NCBI RefSeq assembly: GCF_006345805.1
Contig: NC_043000.1
Coordinates: 43,710,001-43,774,000 of the forward strand
Direction of reading: 5' to 3'
DNA: 64,000 nucleotides
Source: Octopus sinensis
Taxonomy: Eukaryota
The notes beneath the pieces were generated by a model. The model was not told where the DNA came from, did no database searches, and saw only the letters and a list, made by a program, of their open reading frames with translations. Shown here piece by piece: positions 38,681 to 53,599 of this stretch; within the stretch, counting starts at the first letter, position 1, and every line of letters begins with the position of its first letter. A program made the translations under genes and the position numbers.

Positions 38681-41600
38681 GTGATTTCTGAATATTTATG
38701 TGGTGTTTTATTCATTTTTATTTGAAGGTTAGTGTTGAAATTGTTGTAACTGAATTTTTCCTTCTTCTGTTTTTATAAATTGCTTTCTACGTGTGGTAGA
38801 CGATGCGAACTTTTATTCCCCTATGTTGTTTAACATGTTGTTTAAAAATGAACACTTCCTCTGAGGAGGAAAAAATTGTGATAAAATGAAAGAAATGTTA
38901 GGCATGCCGACGGCAGAGAACCTTGTTGAACAGGCAAAAAAGATAAATTTTTCAGCTGTGGCTGAAATCGAAAGCGAAAACTTGTGTATAGAACGAAGCG
39001 TGCTTATACAGCACCAAAACATGTTTGCGAAGGAGGGATACCACATAAAAGCCACCCTCGCAAGCGAAATCATTGAGAAAACTGCCAAGAAAGTAATCGT
39101 GTTTAAAACCCTGGTAATAAAAGAAAAACACACGATAAAGCACCAAAGAAAAAATAGAAAAATGCCTACAACCGATCTGGCAGGACATAGAGTACATGAC
39201 CAGTGGTACTCTATGTTTTATAATCGTAGTAGTTTTTTTCAAGAGCGATGAAAGGGCTAAAAAAACACTCAGTGAAACCCTTGATAACTACAGACATTGT
39301 GTTGCTGTCAACGTACTTAGGTAGGTGTACATCATAGATTACAATAGAAGAGATCCCGCCAGAAATTGACGTCACATGGCTATGCTTAACCCTACTAATG
39401 GGGATCGAAGAAGTAATAACAATACTAGAATCCTCAAAACTCCACCAGCTGTAATGGAAGGGGCAAAGCCTCGAGGTCGTCATTCAAACGTCACCACAGA
39501 CTCTGGGAAAGATCGTAGAAAATATACACCACGGAGAAGAAATCACCTTACGGGTAATGGTGGAGAGGAGAAAAGCCCGGTGGTTCGAATGTGGAGAGAA
39601 GAGCTACATTTGGGCAAGCTGTCCTACCCGTAAGGTGGAGACGGCCCAAAAAGAAGAGGCAGAGACACAGAAGACCGACCATCATGCTCCCAGCAACGAA
39701 AACACTCGACCAGCTGGCAGTGAAGACGGATGGTCGACTGTAAAAAGAAAAATAATACCGAAAAGGAAGAACCCGAAACCCACCCCTCATCATCTAGTAC
39801 AAAGACGAAAAAAGCTCCCTCAGCAAACACACATGAAATCCAAACCACCCCTCTCCACATTTATTCACCAAAAAATATCAATATCCGTTCCTTCGAAACC
39901 TGATATCTTCCCCTCCCTCCCTTCCAGCCCTGATATTTCACCGCCTTCTCCAGTCCTGATATCCCCTCCCCCGTACATCACTTCTGCCTAGCCTAGGAAA
40001 TCATCCCCACTCCAGTCCCGGAAGAAAACTGGCAAAACAAACTATTATTACTGGCAATAAATGCCAAGAATGAACAATTGTCAAGACGTATCTCTCTCTA
40101 TATAAACGGCAGTTTGTCTGTCTGTGTGTCCGTGTGTCTGTCAGGTTGTACCCTCACACTGACCACGGCTTTCAACCGCTTCTGATGAAACTTGACACAC
40201 ACATAGTCCAATGTCATAAATCAAAACTAACGCAGCGAAAATTTTGAAAAGTTCTCTCACTTCTGAAAAAGATTGTTAAATTTGACATAGGGTCAAGAAT
40301 CTAAGCTTTTTATATGCAACACATTTTCTGTTGTAGTTTTCGCAACTTGCAATCGATTTTCACCAAACTCATGGTGAAGCTTAATATTACCGTAAGAAAC
40401 TTAATTCTGAGGTTAGTTTTCCATGCAATACCTTACCATCAGAAAAAATCGATAAAATCATGCCATTTTGGGAAATCGCGTTCAAATTCAAGATGACATA
40501 TTTTCGACAATATCTTACACAAATTGGCAGGAATTTTTTGAAAATTCACAGCGAGCATCATGTCTGCTCCAAGGAGCTATATGGCCCTTTTTATTCCAAT
40601 AGGATACATTATTACTAGAAAAAATCGGTTAATTAAATCATATGTGGCACACATAGCAAACCGATTTGTGTATTAAACACAAACCACAGACTGTCTAGGG
40701 GACGCAACTCGACCCTTTTAACCCTCAGAACATGTGGGATAAGTATCCCAAAATGTATAAAAATGTACAAAAACGGCAAAAGAGCGGGCAGCAATGTGAG
40801 TGACAACAGCGAAAAAGTCAAAAGTGACCAAACTGAACAAACGAATGGAAAAGGTTTTTTGGTGCACACGACAAAAGCAGTATATAATAAACCAAGAGTT
40901 TGCAAGTAGCGTCCGAGGACCCTTAGGGTACGTCAAAAATTTAAGATTAAACGTTTGGGGTGGTAGTTATAAAGAAAGTTTAAACAAAAAAAGGATTCGA
41001 ATAACTTGCGGCTGCAGCAGCTATTAGCAGAAGTTGGGGGTAAAGTCTCGAATGTAATTTCTTCCTGGTTGGAATTGGTTGGATTGAATTATCGATAGCT
41101 GTTTGATAGTTATTTGGGAGTGAAGAGAAGACATTGCAACCTACACATGCGCCTTCGTTTCCTAGAGGGAAAGGACTAGATTGGGATTAGTCGTTGCCTA
41201 CTAGGGGCTCTTACATACCCGGGCAACGCCAGGCTATGCTGCTAGTTAAAAATATACGAACAGCAAAATTATACAAAGAACACCATTGAAAACTTCTGGA
41301 AGGAATTTTTAAATACCACATAGACGATACAAATCTTGGAATATGAAATCCTACTTTCCCACAGACGAGGTTGGACTTCAGTAAGTCCATGTACGAGGAC
41401 CTACGTCAAACCAACCCACAAGACCGGGTAAAGGAAAAAGACAAGTTCGAAAGCCACTGACACCAAGGTAAGTAAATGGCTTGTATTCATCTTGTTTGTT
41501 TTAATGGGCATGGCCTGAGGTCAAGCTGAAAACAAGGTCGCTTGCTTAATGACAGGTCGCGTAATTTGTATGTCATTGTTCCTACGGAAAACCGGTTAAT

Positions 41601-42570
41601 GGGGTCAAAACATATCCTCCCACTATTTGATGGCTTCGAATTTATTTTTCTTTCCGAGATGTCCTGCTGCCAGGAGGAGGGAGTTGGTCCTGTTAAAAAG
41701 AAACCGGGTTTCTCAGAAAAAGCTAACTTTTTCGGATCCAGTAAACACACTCAGTCGTGGTAAGATTATCAGACTGGTTGCAATTTAAGCACCCTCTGAA
41801 AAAGAGCAAAATGAGTATTATCGGAACCTAGAGAAGTTTATCGGTACATCACATTCTCTACTTGAGCGACGCATGCACAGAGTATGTTGACTCCTGTTCT
41901 GATAGAAAAGGTAATCCTTGCTTCCTAGAACTGCTAAGCCGCTTTCAGATAGCAGATCCTTATAGGTTGGAATTTCGGAACGCTCTATTTTGGACATTGA
42001 TGGATCTTCCATGTCATATCTAGATAAGGTGTTAATTAATAAAGCAGATAGGGATATTTTTAGGTGTCCAAAGTTTTTCCGGGTGAGCTACAGTGATCAT
42101 AAAATGCTCACCGGTGTACTCAACATAGATAAGTTATGCAATCGAGGATCCGGCTACTGGAATCTTGATACGTCCCTTTTGGCCATTAAGGAGTACAGAG
42201 ACCGGATTAAGTTATTGACTCAGAATTTCTTCACCTTCCACCTAAGAATAGAAATAGAGCAAGAGAGAAAATAACTGTCCGCGAAAATGTTTCAAGATCG
42301 ATGGAAGAATGTCGCAGGAATGTTGTGTATGGATGACACCGTTTGAATACCACGCAGGATAAAACTAAAGCATCAGTGGTGAGGCGTGGCTCGTGGGTCC
42401 CGAGTATATCACGCCTCCCCACTCCATTCTGTAATGTTGTCTTGTATATGTTGTCGTTCGAACTCTTCATATTTATGTAAAATTTTTAAATTCATCTTTG
42501 TGTCAACTTATACTTTAAATCTTACCCCATATCAGATTGTACTAGCCCCTTTGGGAAATAAAAAAAAATT
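38681..42570 (+). mobile_element. Tx1/L1-like LINE with ORF1 (degenerate zinc knuckle), APE domain, RT deleted, A-rich tail; contains a Helitron
   Basis: WFECGEKSYIWASCP (degenerate CCHC); APE motifs SYLDKVL, SDHK and GYWNLDTSLL are followed directly by C-terminal FHLRIEIE..RWKNVA. AATAAAAAAAAA tail; 20-bp TSD (17/20) at 38661-38680 and 42571-42590. Confidence 0.8.
40091..41245 (+). mobile_element. Non-autonomous Helitron
   Basis: A|TC 5' end (TCTCTCTCTATATAAA), 3' hairpin CCCGGGCAACGCCAGG then CTAG|T, and no TSD. The flanks rejoin as ...SRRIKNIRT. Confidence 0.85.
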
Positions 42571-42770
42571 GCGAAATGCTTATCGGTATTACGTCTGCCG
42601 TTACGTTCTGAGGTCGAATTCGCCTTTCATCCTTTCGGGGTCGATTTAATAAACACTAGTTGCGCACTGTGATCGATGTAATCGACTTAATCCTTTTGTC
42701 TATCCTTGTTTGTCCTTTTGTCTATCCTTGTCCCCTCTATGTTTAGCCTATTGTGGGCAATAATGTGATA
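42571..42770 (+). mobile_element. 3' part of the interrupted SINE
   Basis: CTGCCGTTACGTTCTGAG..GCCTTTCATCCTTTCGGGGTCGAT..CCCCTCTATGTTTAGCC as in 9590-9825. Confidence 0.85.
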
Positions 42771-44099
42771 AATATATTATAGAGGATAAATACTGATACA
42801 CTCTCCGAAACGATGGCTGCGTAATAATTCTAGAGTATTAATTGACTGACACGTTTTTGGATGAGTCATTTATGGGGATATAAGCATTTCTTCAGTATCA
42901 GGTAAAAGAATATGAAATATTTGTACCTCCACTATTTGAAACAAAAAATCAAAAGTGTTATATATGTACTATTCAGCTGCATTTCGATAGCTATTTACCA
43001 CTTAATTAATGTCAGTGAAATAACGAGGCTTACAAATTAGATAATGAATTGAAGGTTCAAGGTATTTGCCTCAGACACATAAAAACACGGAGATTATTTC
43101 CATCGTAATTTACATATTTTAGTATAGTACTAGTCAACATATCAATAGAAACGATGTTTAGTTGCCAATGCAACGTTTCCCAGCCGGTAAATCGAAACTT
43201 GTTGAATAGCAATAATATTTAAATAATTTTTCACCTCATTACATCAACGCTAGATACTTACATTAATTAAATATCCGGTGCAATGTTAACAGTCAAATAA
43301 TATCTGTAACATCATATACACTACTACTACTACTACTGATGATGATGATAAGAAAAATGTTAAGGATATTACAAAAATAGTAGTAATTCCTTAATGACTC
43401 TAAGGTATCCCAAAAAACATTTATACAATACTAACACAAAGGACAATAGCAAGTTCTAGAAATGCGTGTAAAAAAGCAAATAACAGCCAAAAGTTTCAAA
43501 CAAAAAATTCCACAGTATCAGGAGAATCATTATCCAGTGTCAAGCAAGAAGCCCACATGTCCTGTATCATTTCACTGTAATATGTGAAGTACTTCTCTTG
43601 CCCCGTACTATTCTGTCTGTAGTTATATGATGAGATAGAGTCCATACTATCGTGTTATTCGTGCTAGATTCACGCATATACTGTTCCATTTCAATTTCTG
43701 TTCCATGTTACCTTCAAAAAGTCGATGAGACTTGATTCAGAAGGAAATTATCTTCGGAATTTCAGCAAGTCCTTCGCAGGGCTTTTTCCGCCACATACAC
43801 CAGAAAGGGGGAACTACTGTTTGCAGCACAAGAAAGGCAAGAGATCGAGCTACTTTATGGAGTTGACTGATAGTGGGGACCTTTCTACACATGATAGCAG
43901 CTGTTCTACTTACCCTCATAAGTAAGTCAGCAATGTTCGATCACAAACCAGGCGACTATGGCAGAAGAAATGAAATCCAATTGACAGCTTTTTTGCTTTT
44001 CTCCGATAATATATCCGTGACTAAGTTTAATATCGCAAACACCAGGGTACTATACAACTCCCAGCTTAATTCGCTGGGCATGATAGAAAGTCTCAGCTA

Positions 44100-44330
44100 T
44101 CCTTAACCAGCAGAAAAAGCTGACACTTGTTTAATGTTCATGCTTCAGGAACACTTAAGAGAATTCTTAGAGTCCCAAGAAGTGCTGATTTTTGTAGGTG
44201 TTCTATCTTTATATTTGTACCAGCCTCTTTCTTGCGTACATGGTACACAAACAAGTGCCGGATATTGCCGAAAATATGGGCAGCAGTTGATGAAAGAACA
44301 ATATGGATAGCAAGAACTAGGTGCCTTCGT
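44100..44330 (-). mobile_element. R4/Dong-like LINE extreme 3' end, decayed
   Basis: Reverse strand reads ..NIKIEHLQKSALLGTLRILLSVPEA*. Confidence 0.6.
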
Positions 44331-45275
44331 CATTACACACATATAGCTCTACACACATATATTTATGCGTATTTTGTTTTACATTAATGAATATGGTGTA
44401 TATGTAATATGTGTAAGCATATTACTAGGTATATGCATATAGAAACTATTAAGTACCATATCACAATTAACGCATGAAGGAGAATTATCAGCCCAATTTT
44501 GAAAATGTTGAATTGATCTGACTATTTAGAACTCTACCATATAACATTACTCTTTCTTTATTTACGGAGATATCAATAGTTTACTGATATTTAGAATACA
44601 TACAAATTCAGACACAGATAATACCAACTTGTATATGATTATATTGGTGATATATAAGAAAATTATTTGTAAGTATTGCAACATAATGTAATTTAGATGC
44701 TTTATAATAAGATCTAAAAACATACAACTGAAACCTTGCTTTGAAAGGTAAACTGATAGTTATATCACCAGTTTTCATAAGCTTGTGCGTAGACAAAATG
44801 GCTTCCGTATGAATAGATACTGGTTTGCCTACACTGCCAACAGTGAAATGTTTAAATTTTGTATTACCTCATTCGTATTTCACAATACATTCAGTTATAG
44901 TTTAATCCCCGGAAGCGATTCAACAAAAATTGTGCGAATACACTACCTGAAGCTGTAAACAGTGTTATTATTCAACATACATGAAAACACCAGAAGCATG
45001 TAGCTATGAGTGTTTTCAAGTAAACTAGCGACAAAGCGACAGAGATCGGTTTCAGTGCAAATGAAGGTGGAAAAGTAGAACAGACATAATACTTCAGAAA
45101 AATTTAGAATAGAGCTGATTCTCCGCGGTATATGCAATATTGATCAATCCATGATCCGATATTCAGGTCACTCTGTCGATAGCTTGATTAGAACTTTTTA
45201 GGGAACCAATTTGTTTGCGCAGATCAAGTTTGGTCTGTTTATAGTAATATCTTTTTAAATATATTATATATCTAA

Positions 45276-45280
<5 letters not shown>

Positions 45281-45352
<72 letters not shown>
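45281..45352. repeat. (TAA)n tract 5' of Dong-like element
   Basis: Directly visible. Confidence 0.95.
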
Positions 45353-47581
<2,229 letters not shown>

Positions 47582-48043
47582 AATAATAATAATGATAATA
47601 ATAATAATAATAATAATATATATATACATACATATAATGGCCAGTTAGATCTGTACAGTACCAAGTCTTCGTTTGTTCGTTCGTTTCTTCCTTCCTTCCT
47701 TCCCTCCTATCTCCCCCGTGTAGAATCCATTCCATGCTAGATACTATTTTTACACGCACAATTATTTTATTCTTAATATTTGTTCGTATTACCCCTTCGT
47801 TTTAGACGTTAAATCTTGAATCCCTTTTTGAATTTCGAATTAATTGATGTGCTCACATATGTATGCATGTGTGTCCTTATTGAGTTTTATTTCAAGATTT
47901 CTTGCCAATAGAGTAAAAGCAGGTTTCTAACCTAGATCCAAGGCTCCTTCATTAGAATTTCACCATCAACAAGGTACTTTTGTATATATGTATGCATATG
48001 TATGTGCTGAAGTTATATTCTCATGCATATAAGTGCATGTCTA

Positions 48044-48084
<41 letters not shown>

Positions 48085-48559
48085 GATAACCTTCAGGAAA
48101 GTTTTACAGGCTTTTACATTCCCAGTGATAGATAGGATCTGTCGGCGAATTAGCTTTCTCTTTTCTGGTTTTCAGAAGTCTAATTCCTCAAGATTGATAT
48201 TTAGGCAATGTGTTACATATCTCAGGTTATTAATTATTACAGGTACACTTGCGTCAGAAATTAATTAGCACTTCTCAAATTTCTACATTAAATAGGTTAA
48301 ATCAATTAACCTATGAGCTGTTCAAAACGTCTTACGCGATGAGAAAACTTAGTATGGTGTGATTTCGGTCCTTGCGAGGCGCTACCTATATCTATTAAAC
48401 AAAGGAAGATTTGTCTGCATCCGCACTCCAATTTGTTGCACTGCTATGTCAACATCATAAGGCTGTAGACTCTCAAACTGCTCTGCAAACAAAGTTACGT
48501 CATCGTTCTGCGCAACAGTGAACTCGCAACAAAGCAATAGTTCGAGATATGGCCACTAG

Positions 48560-49100
48560 GTGACAGCACATACCTTGAGTGAAGAGCAAATCAAGGGTGC
48601 TAATTAATTTCTGACGGTAGTGTATATACCTGAACTTGTGATCTGGATAGAGTAATTGCAAATTTCTCAATGGTTCAGCGTAGGTATTCTCTTTTTCACT
48701 GATCTTAAGCTTTATGTTAAATTCCGCTGGCACGTCTGTTGTATTTACATTTTATTGTGGCCTTCATTGGGACATTTCACCAGTACTCCTTTTTATTAAG
48801 AGGAGCTATGATTTCAACCATACTTTGGGTTCTTACTTTTTTTCCTCGGGATTATCCTTCTGGCGAATTTCATTATAGAGTGTCCTAGCTACAACACCAC
48901 ACCCCATCGGTAGATAATACCGTAATGACATTTTCGGACATCTGCTTATGTTTTGGGTGATATCTTCGATGCTAACTCTAGAACATCTGCATCGGTTTTT
49001 ACAGCTTTTCCTGCATCTCTATACCTTTTCTGCATCAGATCTTTCGTTGATATTTCCTGGATTGCAAACGCATACCCTTCAAAGTGGGATGGAGTAATGT
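48560..49100 (-). mobile_element. Decayed RLE LINE fragment of another R4-like family
   Basis: SHFEGYAFAIQEISTK, KEYW*NVPMKATIKCKYNR and KISEKENTYAEPLRNLQLLYP. Confidence 0.6.
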
Positions 49101-49993
49101 ATGTATGCATGTATCTAAGTACGTACGTATACACCGCCGTGTGCATGGTGTTTGTGATTAAATTCGTTTAAGCATGCATAGATATACATGGAAATAACTA
49201 ATTATATATTGTCGCAAAACATTAAGTAGCATTACTTTATTGTTATAACTTTGATATTCACATATGATATTCCAATCAAAATAAAATTTTAACACATCAA
49301 TGCCATTTTCTATTTTCATTCAATGCCGTTTGTACATCTTATCTCTTTCTGCCAGAAGTTTATAAGAGCTGCATTTTCATAATTGCAGTCCTGTGAGTTG
49401 AACTCTATTGACGACGAGGTTCAGATACGAATAACTAATTGCTTATCAGTAAATTCGTAAAATTATCTATACGGCTTGTATTCGAAGAAAAATTTGTTAA
49501 TGGCTATCACTGGAGAAATAATTACCAAGTTTTCTCGATTTTCAATTTGATTACATAACTAATATTCTACAGACTTTAAAGTAGATACAACATAGCTCAA
49601 GGTTAAAACAAAATTGACTTGTGAAGTATTAACACTTTTTTCATTTCTCTCTTTTTCTAAAAGATATCATTACATTTGCGTTCGATGTCTTCGTTCACAT
49701 TTTCTTTGTTATTGTTTACAAGTTACAACTCTAATAAAGGAAGAGAACATTAATTGTTTACATGGTATATCAGAATGGAGACCATTAGAAAAATACCTGC
49801 TATATATATATATATATATATACATATATAAACGCACGCACAAACAGGCATATGCATGTATGAATGAATATCCAATATTATGCACCCAAGCACCAAACTG
49901 AACGAATTTGATGTTTGTATACCGTTCAGTATTATATTTAATATAGATGCACATAAATAGTGTTATATTTGACATTCACGGACATAATGTCTA

Positions 49994-49994
<1 letters not shown>

Positions 49995-50076
<82 letters not shown>

Positions 50077-50252
50077 TATCTATCTACCAATCACTTGATG
50101 AATATGTAATGCGGCTGAACCAACTAAATGCAGCTGAATTCTACAGTTATGCAGGAGAAACACGTGTAGTATTGACATCGAATGTAATTTTCACGGCAAT
50201 AATGTAATTCACGTCTTGAACCATTGAACCATGCACACACACACACACACAT

Positions 50253-50325
<73 letters not shown>

Positions 50326-50450
50326 TACATACATATATATCTACAAATACACACGCATATGTATATATACATATATGTATGTATATGTATACTTCTGTGC
50401 GTGTGTATGTAGATATATATGTATTATCGTATATATGTCTATATATACAT
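49995..50450. repeat. (TA)n and (CA)n/(TA)n microsatellites
   Basis: Tracts at about 49995-50075 and 50233-50450. Confidence 0.9.
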
Positions 50451-51189
50451 AATTCTGCCTAATCTACAAGTTGTTGGTTGTGAAACCTGTATAGAACAGA
50501 TAAATGTCTTATAGATTTCTGAACATGAATAATTATACTTCTATGTACATGATGTATGTGCGGATTAAACCTACAGAACATACATGAATAATTTGCATAC
50601 TTCTAGCAGCTTTCGCACGACACGTCGGTTGGTGTAATCCTGCATAGCATTCAGCACACCCACTTAAGAAATTATAAGTATTAACTACGAGCAAAAATGA
50701 TGATTATATACACGTTTTACTATTCCTAATCTCGAATAATATACTTCACATTTTATTGAGAATTTTCTTACTGATTAATATTCTGCAGATAAGAAGTCAG
50801 TGGAGTATTATTTATAAAAGATTGTCCTATTAACTGGAAAATGTCCTGTCGCAAGGAAAATAGCATAGCAATCTCAATAATACGTTTTTATCTCACCTAA
50901 TCATGCCATTCTGAGCCTTCTCCGTTCAAACATGCATCTACAATTGAATAGTTTGTACTTACTCTCCAGCTGCACTATACTCAGTTAAGGGTATACGCCT
51001 ATCTATATATATGTAAATGCGAAGAAGGGGCAGATAATATATAATGTTGAGTTAATAATAAAAGATGGGATAAAAATATTGAAATCGGTTATATAAAATT
51101 CCTTTTTCGACAAAGATGTATAAATATTTCTATGTATATGTACTGCATTATTCCAGAACGACCCCATCCAAACCCAAACACATGTATGA

Positions 51190-51233
<44 letters not shown>

Positions 51234-51510
51234 ATTAATTAATAAGGGTGAGAGAATTAGATACTAATTTAAAAGCATATCTATTCAACACCAAGTGGCC
51301 CAGTGCCTCGAGAAACCTGGATTATTATAATATTTTATAATATATTATAATATTTTATACAAAAATAAATATAAGAGAATGGTCACTATGTGGCTCATTC
51401 TAGCACTAGAAAATCCAAAAGGTTTCAACCACAAAAATACATGTTTCCTATGAAAGTCAGTACGATTGTTAGCTCACACGAACAGGGCAAATAAAAAATA
51501 ACAAAACTAC

Positions 51511-51603
51511 AGATTATTTTGGGACAATTGTTTCGCTATTAATGAATTAAATGTAATTTTACTTACAAAAAACCCACTTGTAGCTCCTCAGCCAAAACTA
51601 TCT
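51511..51603 (-). ncRNA. Type I hammerhead ribozyme (inverted copy; cleavage after C complementary to 51523)
   Basis: Reverse complement of the motif in the + copies; core intact. Confidence 0.88.
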
Positions 51604-51904
51604 GGATGAAATCCACTCAATCACACGCCAGATTTTACCATAACGATAAATACACGTGTGGTTCAATTGATTACATCCGACGTTATAATTCAAATGTCCT
51701 TACCAACAGCGCGCCAAACTTTCACGGAAACAAATACTACATTTAGAAATAAATGTAGCATAATCATAATTAATTAATAAGGGTGAAAGTTTGGCGCGCT
51801 GTTGGTAAGGGCATTTGAATTATAACGTCGGATGTAATCAATTGAACCACACGTGTATTTATCGTTATGGTAAAATCTTGCGTGTGATTGAGTGGATTTC
51901 ATCC

Positions 51905-51997
51905 AGATAGTTTTGGCTGAGGAGTTACAAGTGGGTTTTTTGTAAGTAAAATTACATTTAATTCATTAATAGCGAAACAATTGTCCCAAAATAATCT
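51905..51997 (+). ncRNA. Type I hammerhead ribozyme copy 1 (GUC cleavage after 51985)
   Basis: UUUUGG-CUGAGGA-GUUA..UAGC-GAAA-C-AAUU-GUC-CCAAAA; the stem II variant is a U.G wobble. Confidence 0.88.
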
Positions 51998-52439
51998 GTA
52001 TTTTTGTTATTTTTTATTTGCCCTGTTCGTGTGAGCTAACAATCGTACTGACTTTCATAGGAAACATGTATTTTTGTGGTTGAAACCTTTTGGATTTTCT
52101 AGTGCTAGAATGAGCCACATAGTGGCCATTCTCTTATATTTATTTTTGTATAAAATATTATAATATATTATAAACTATTATAATAATCCAGGTTTCTCGA
52201 GGCACTGGGCCACTTGGTGTTGAATAGATATGCTATTAAATTAGTATCTAATTCTCTCACCCTTATTAATTAATTATAATTATGCTACATTTATTTCTAA
52301 ATGTAGTATTTGTTTCCGTGAAAGTTTGGCGCGCTGTTGGTAAGGGCATTTGAATTATAACGTCGGATATAATCAATTGAACCTCATGTGTATTTATCGT
52401 TATGGTAAAATCTGGCGTGTGATTGAGTGGATTTCATCC

Positions 52440-52532
52440 AGATAGTTTTGGCTGAGGAGCTACAAGTGGGTTTTTTGTAAGTAAAATTACATTTAATTCA
52501 TTAATAGCGAAACAATTGTCCCAAAATAATCT
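52440..52532 (+). ncRNA. Type I hammerhead ribozyme copy 2 (cleavage after 52520)
   Basis: AGAUAGUUUUGG CUGAGGA GCUA-42nt-UAGC GAAA CAAUUGUC CCAAAAUAAUCU; stems I, II and III pair. Confidence 0.9.
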
Positions 52533-52973
52533 GTAGTTTTGTTATTTTTTATTTGCCCTGTTCGTGTGAGCTAACAATCGTACTGACTTTCATAGGAAAC
52601 ATGTATTTTTGTGTTGAAACCTTTTGGATTTTCTAGTGCTAGAATGAGCCACATAGTGACCATTCTCTTATATTTATCTTTGTATAAAATATTATAATAT
52701 ATTATAAAATATTATAATAATCCAGGTTTCTCGAGGCACTGGGCCACTTGGTGTTGAATAGATATGCTATTAAATTAGTATCTAATTCTCTCACCCTTAT
52801 TAATTAATTATAATTATGCTACATTTATTTCTAAATGTAGTATTTGTTTCCGTGAAAGTTTGGCGCACTGTTGGTAAGGGCATTTGAATTATAACGTCGG
52901 ATGTAATCAATTGAACCACACGTGTATTTATCGTTATGGTAAAATCTGGCGTGTGATTGAGTGGATTTCATCC

Positions 52974-53065
52974 AGATAGTTTTGGCTGAGGAGCTACAAG
53001 TGGGTTTTTTGTAAGTAAATTTACATTTAATTCATTAATAGCGAAACAATTGTCCCAAAAAATCT
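52974..53065 (+). ncRNA. Type I hammerhead ribozyme copy 3 (cleavage after 53054)
   Basis: Core intact; 1-nt deletion in the stem I internal loop. Confidence 0.88.
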
Positions 53066-53507
53066 GTATTTTTGTTATTTTTTATTTGCCCTGTTCGTGT
53101 GAGCTAACAATCGTACTGACTTTCATAGGAAACATGTATTTTTGTGGTTGAAACCTTTTGGATTTTCTAGTGCTAGAATGAGCCACATAGTGACCATTCT
53201 CTTATATTTATTTTTGTATAAAATATTATAATATATTATAAAATATTATAATAATCCAGGTTTCTCGAGGCACTGGGCCACTTGGTGTTGAATAGATATG
53301 CTATTAAATTAGTATCTAATTCTCTCACCCTTATTAATTAATTATAATTATGCTACATTTATTTCTAAATGTAGTATTTGTTTCCGTGAAAGTTTGGCGC
53401 ACTGTTGGTAAGGGCATTTGAATTATAACGTCGGATGTAATCAATTGAACCACACGTGTATTTATCGTTATGGTAAAATCTTGCGTGTGATTGAGTGGAT
53501 TTCATCC

Positions 53508-53599
53508 AGATAGTTTTGGCTGAGGAGCTACAAGTGGGTTTTTTGTAAGTAAATTTACATTTAATTCATTAATAGCGAAACAATTGTCCCAAAAAATCT
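53508..53599 (+). ncRNA. Type I hammerhead ribozyme copy 4 (cleavage after 53588)
   Basis: Core intact; same deletion as copy 3. Confidence 0.88.

Noticed and set aside
43540-44090. Possible exon(s) near GTAAGT motifs
   Set aside because: Donor-like motifs occur on both strands, the ORFs are short, and no domain was recognised.
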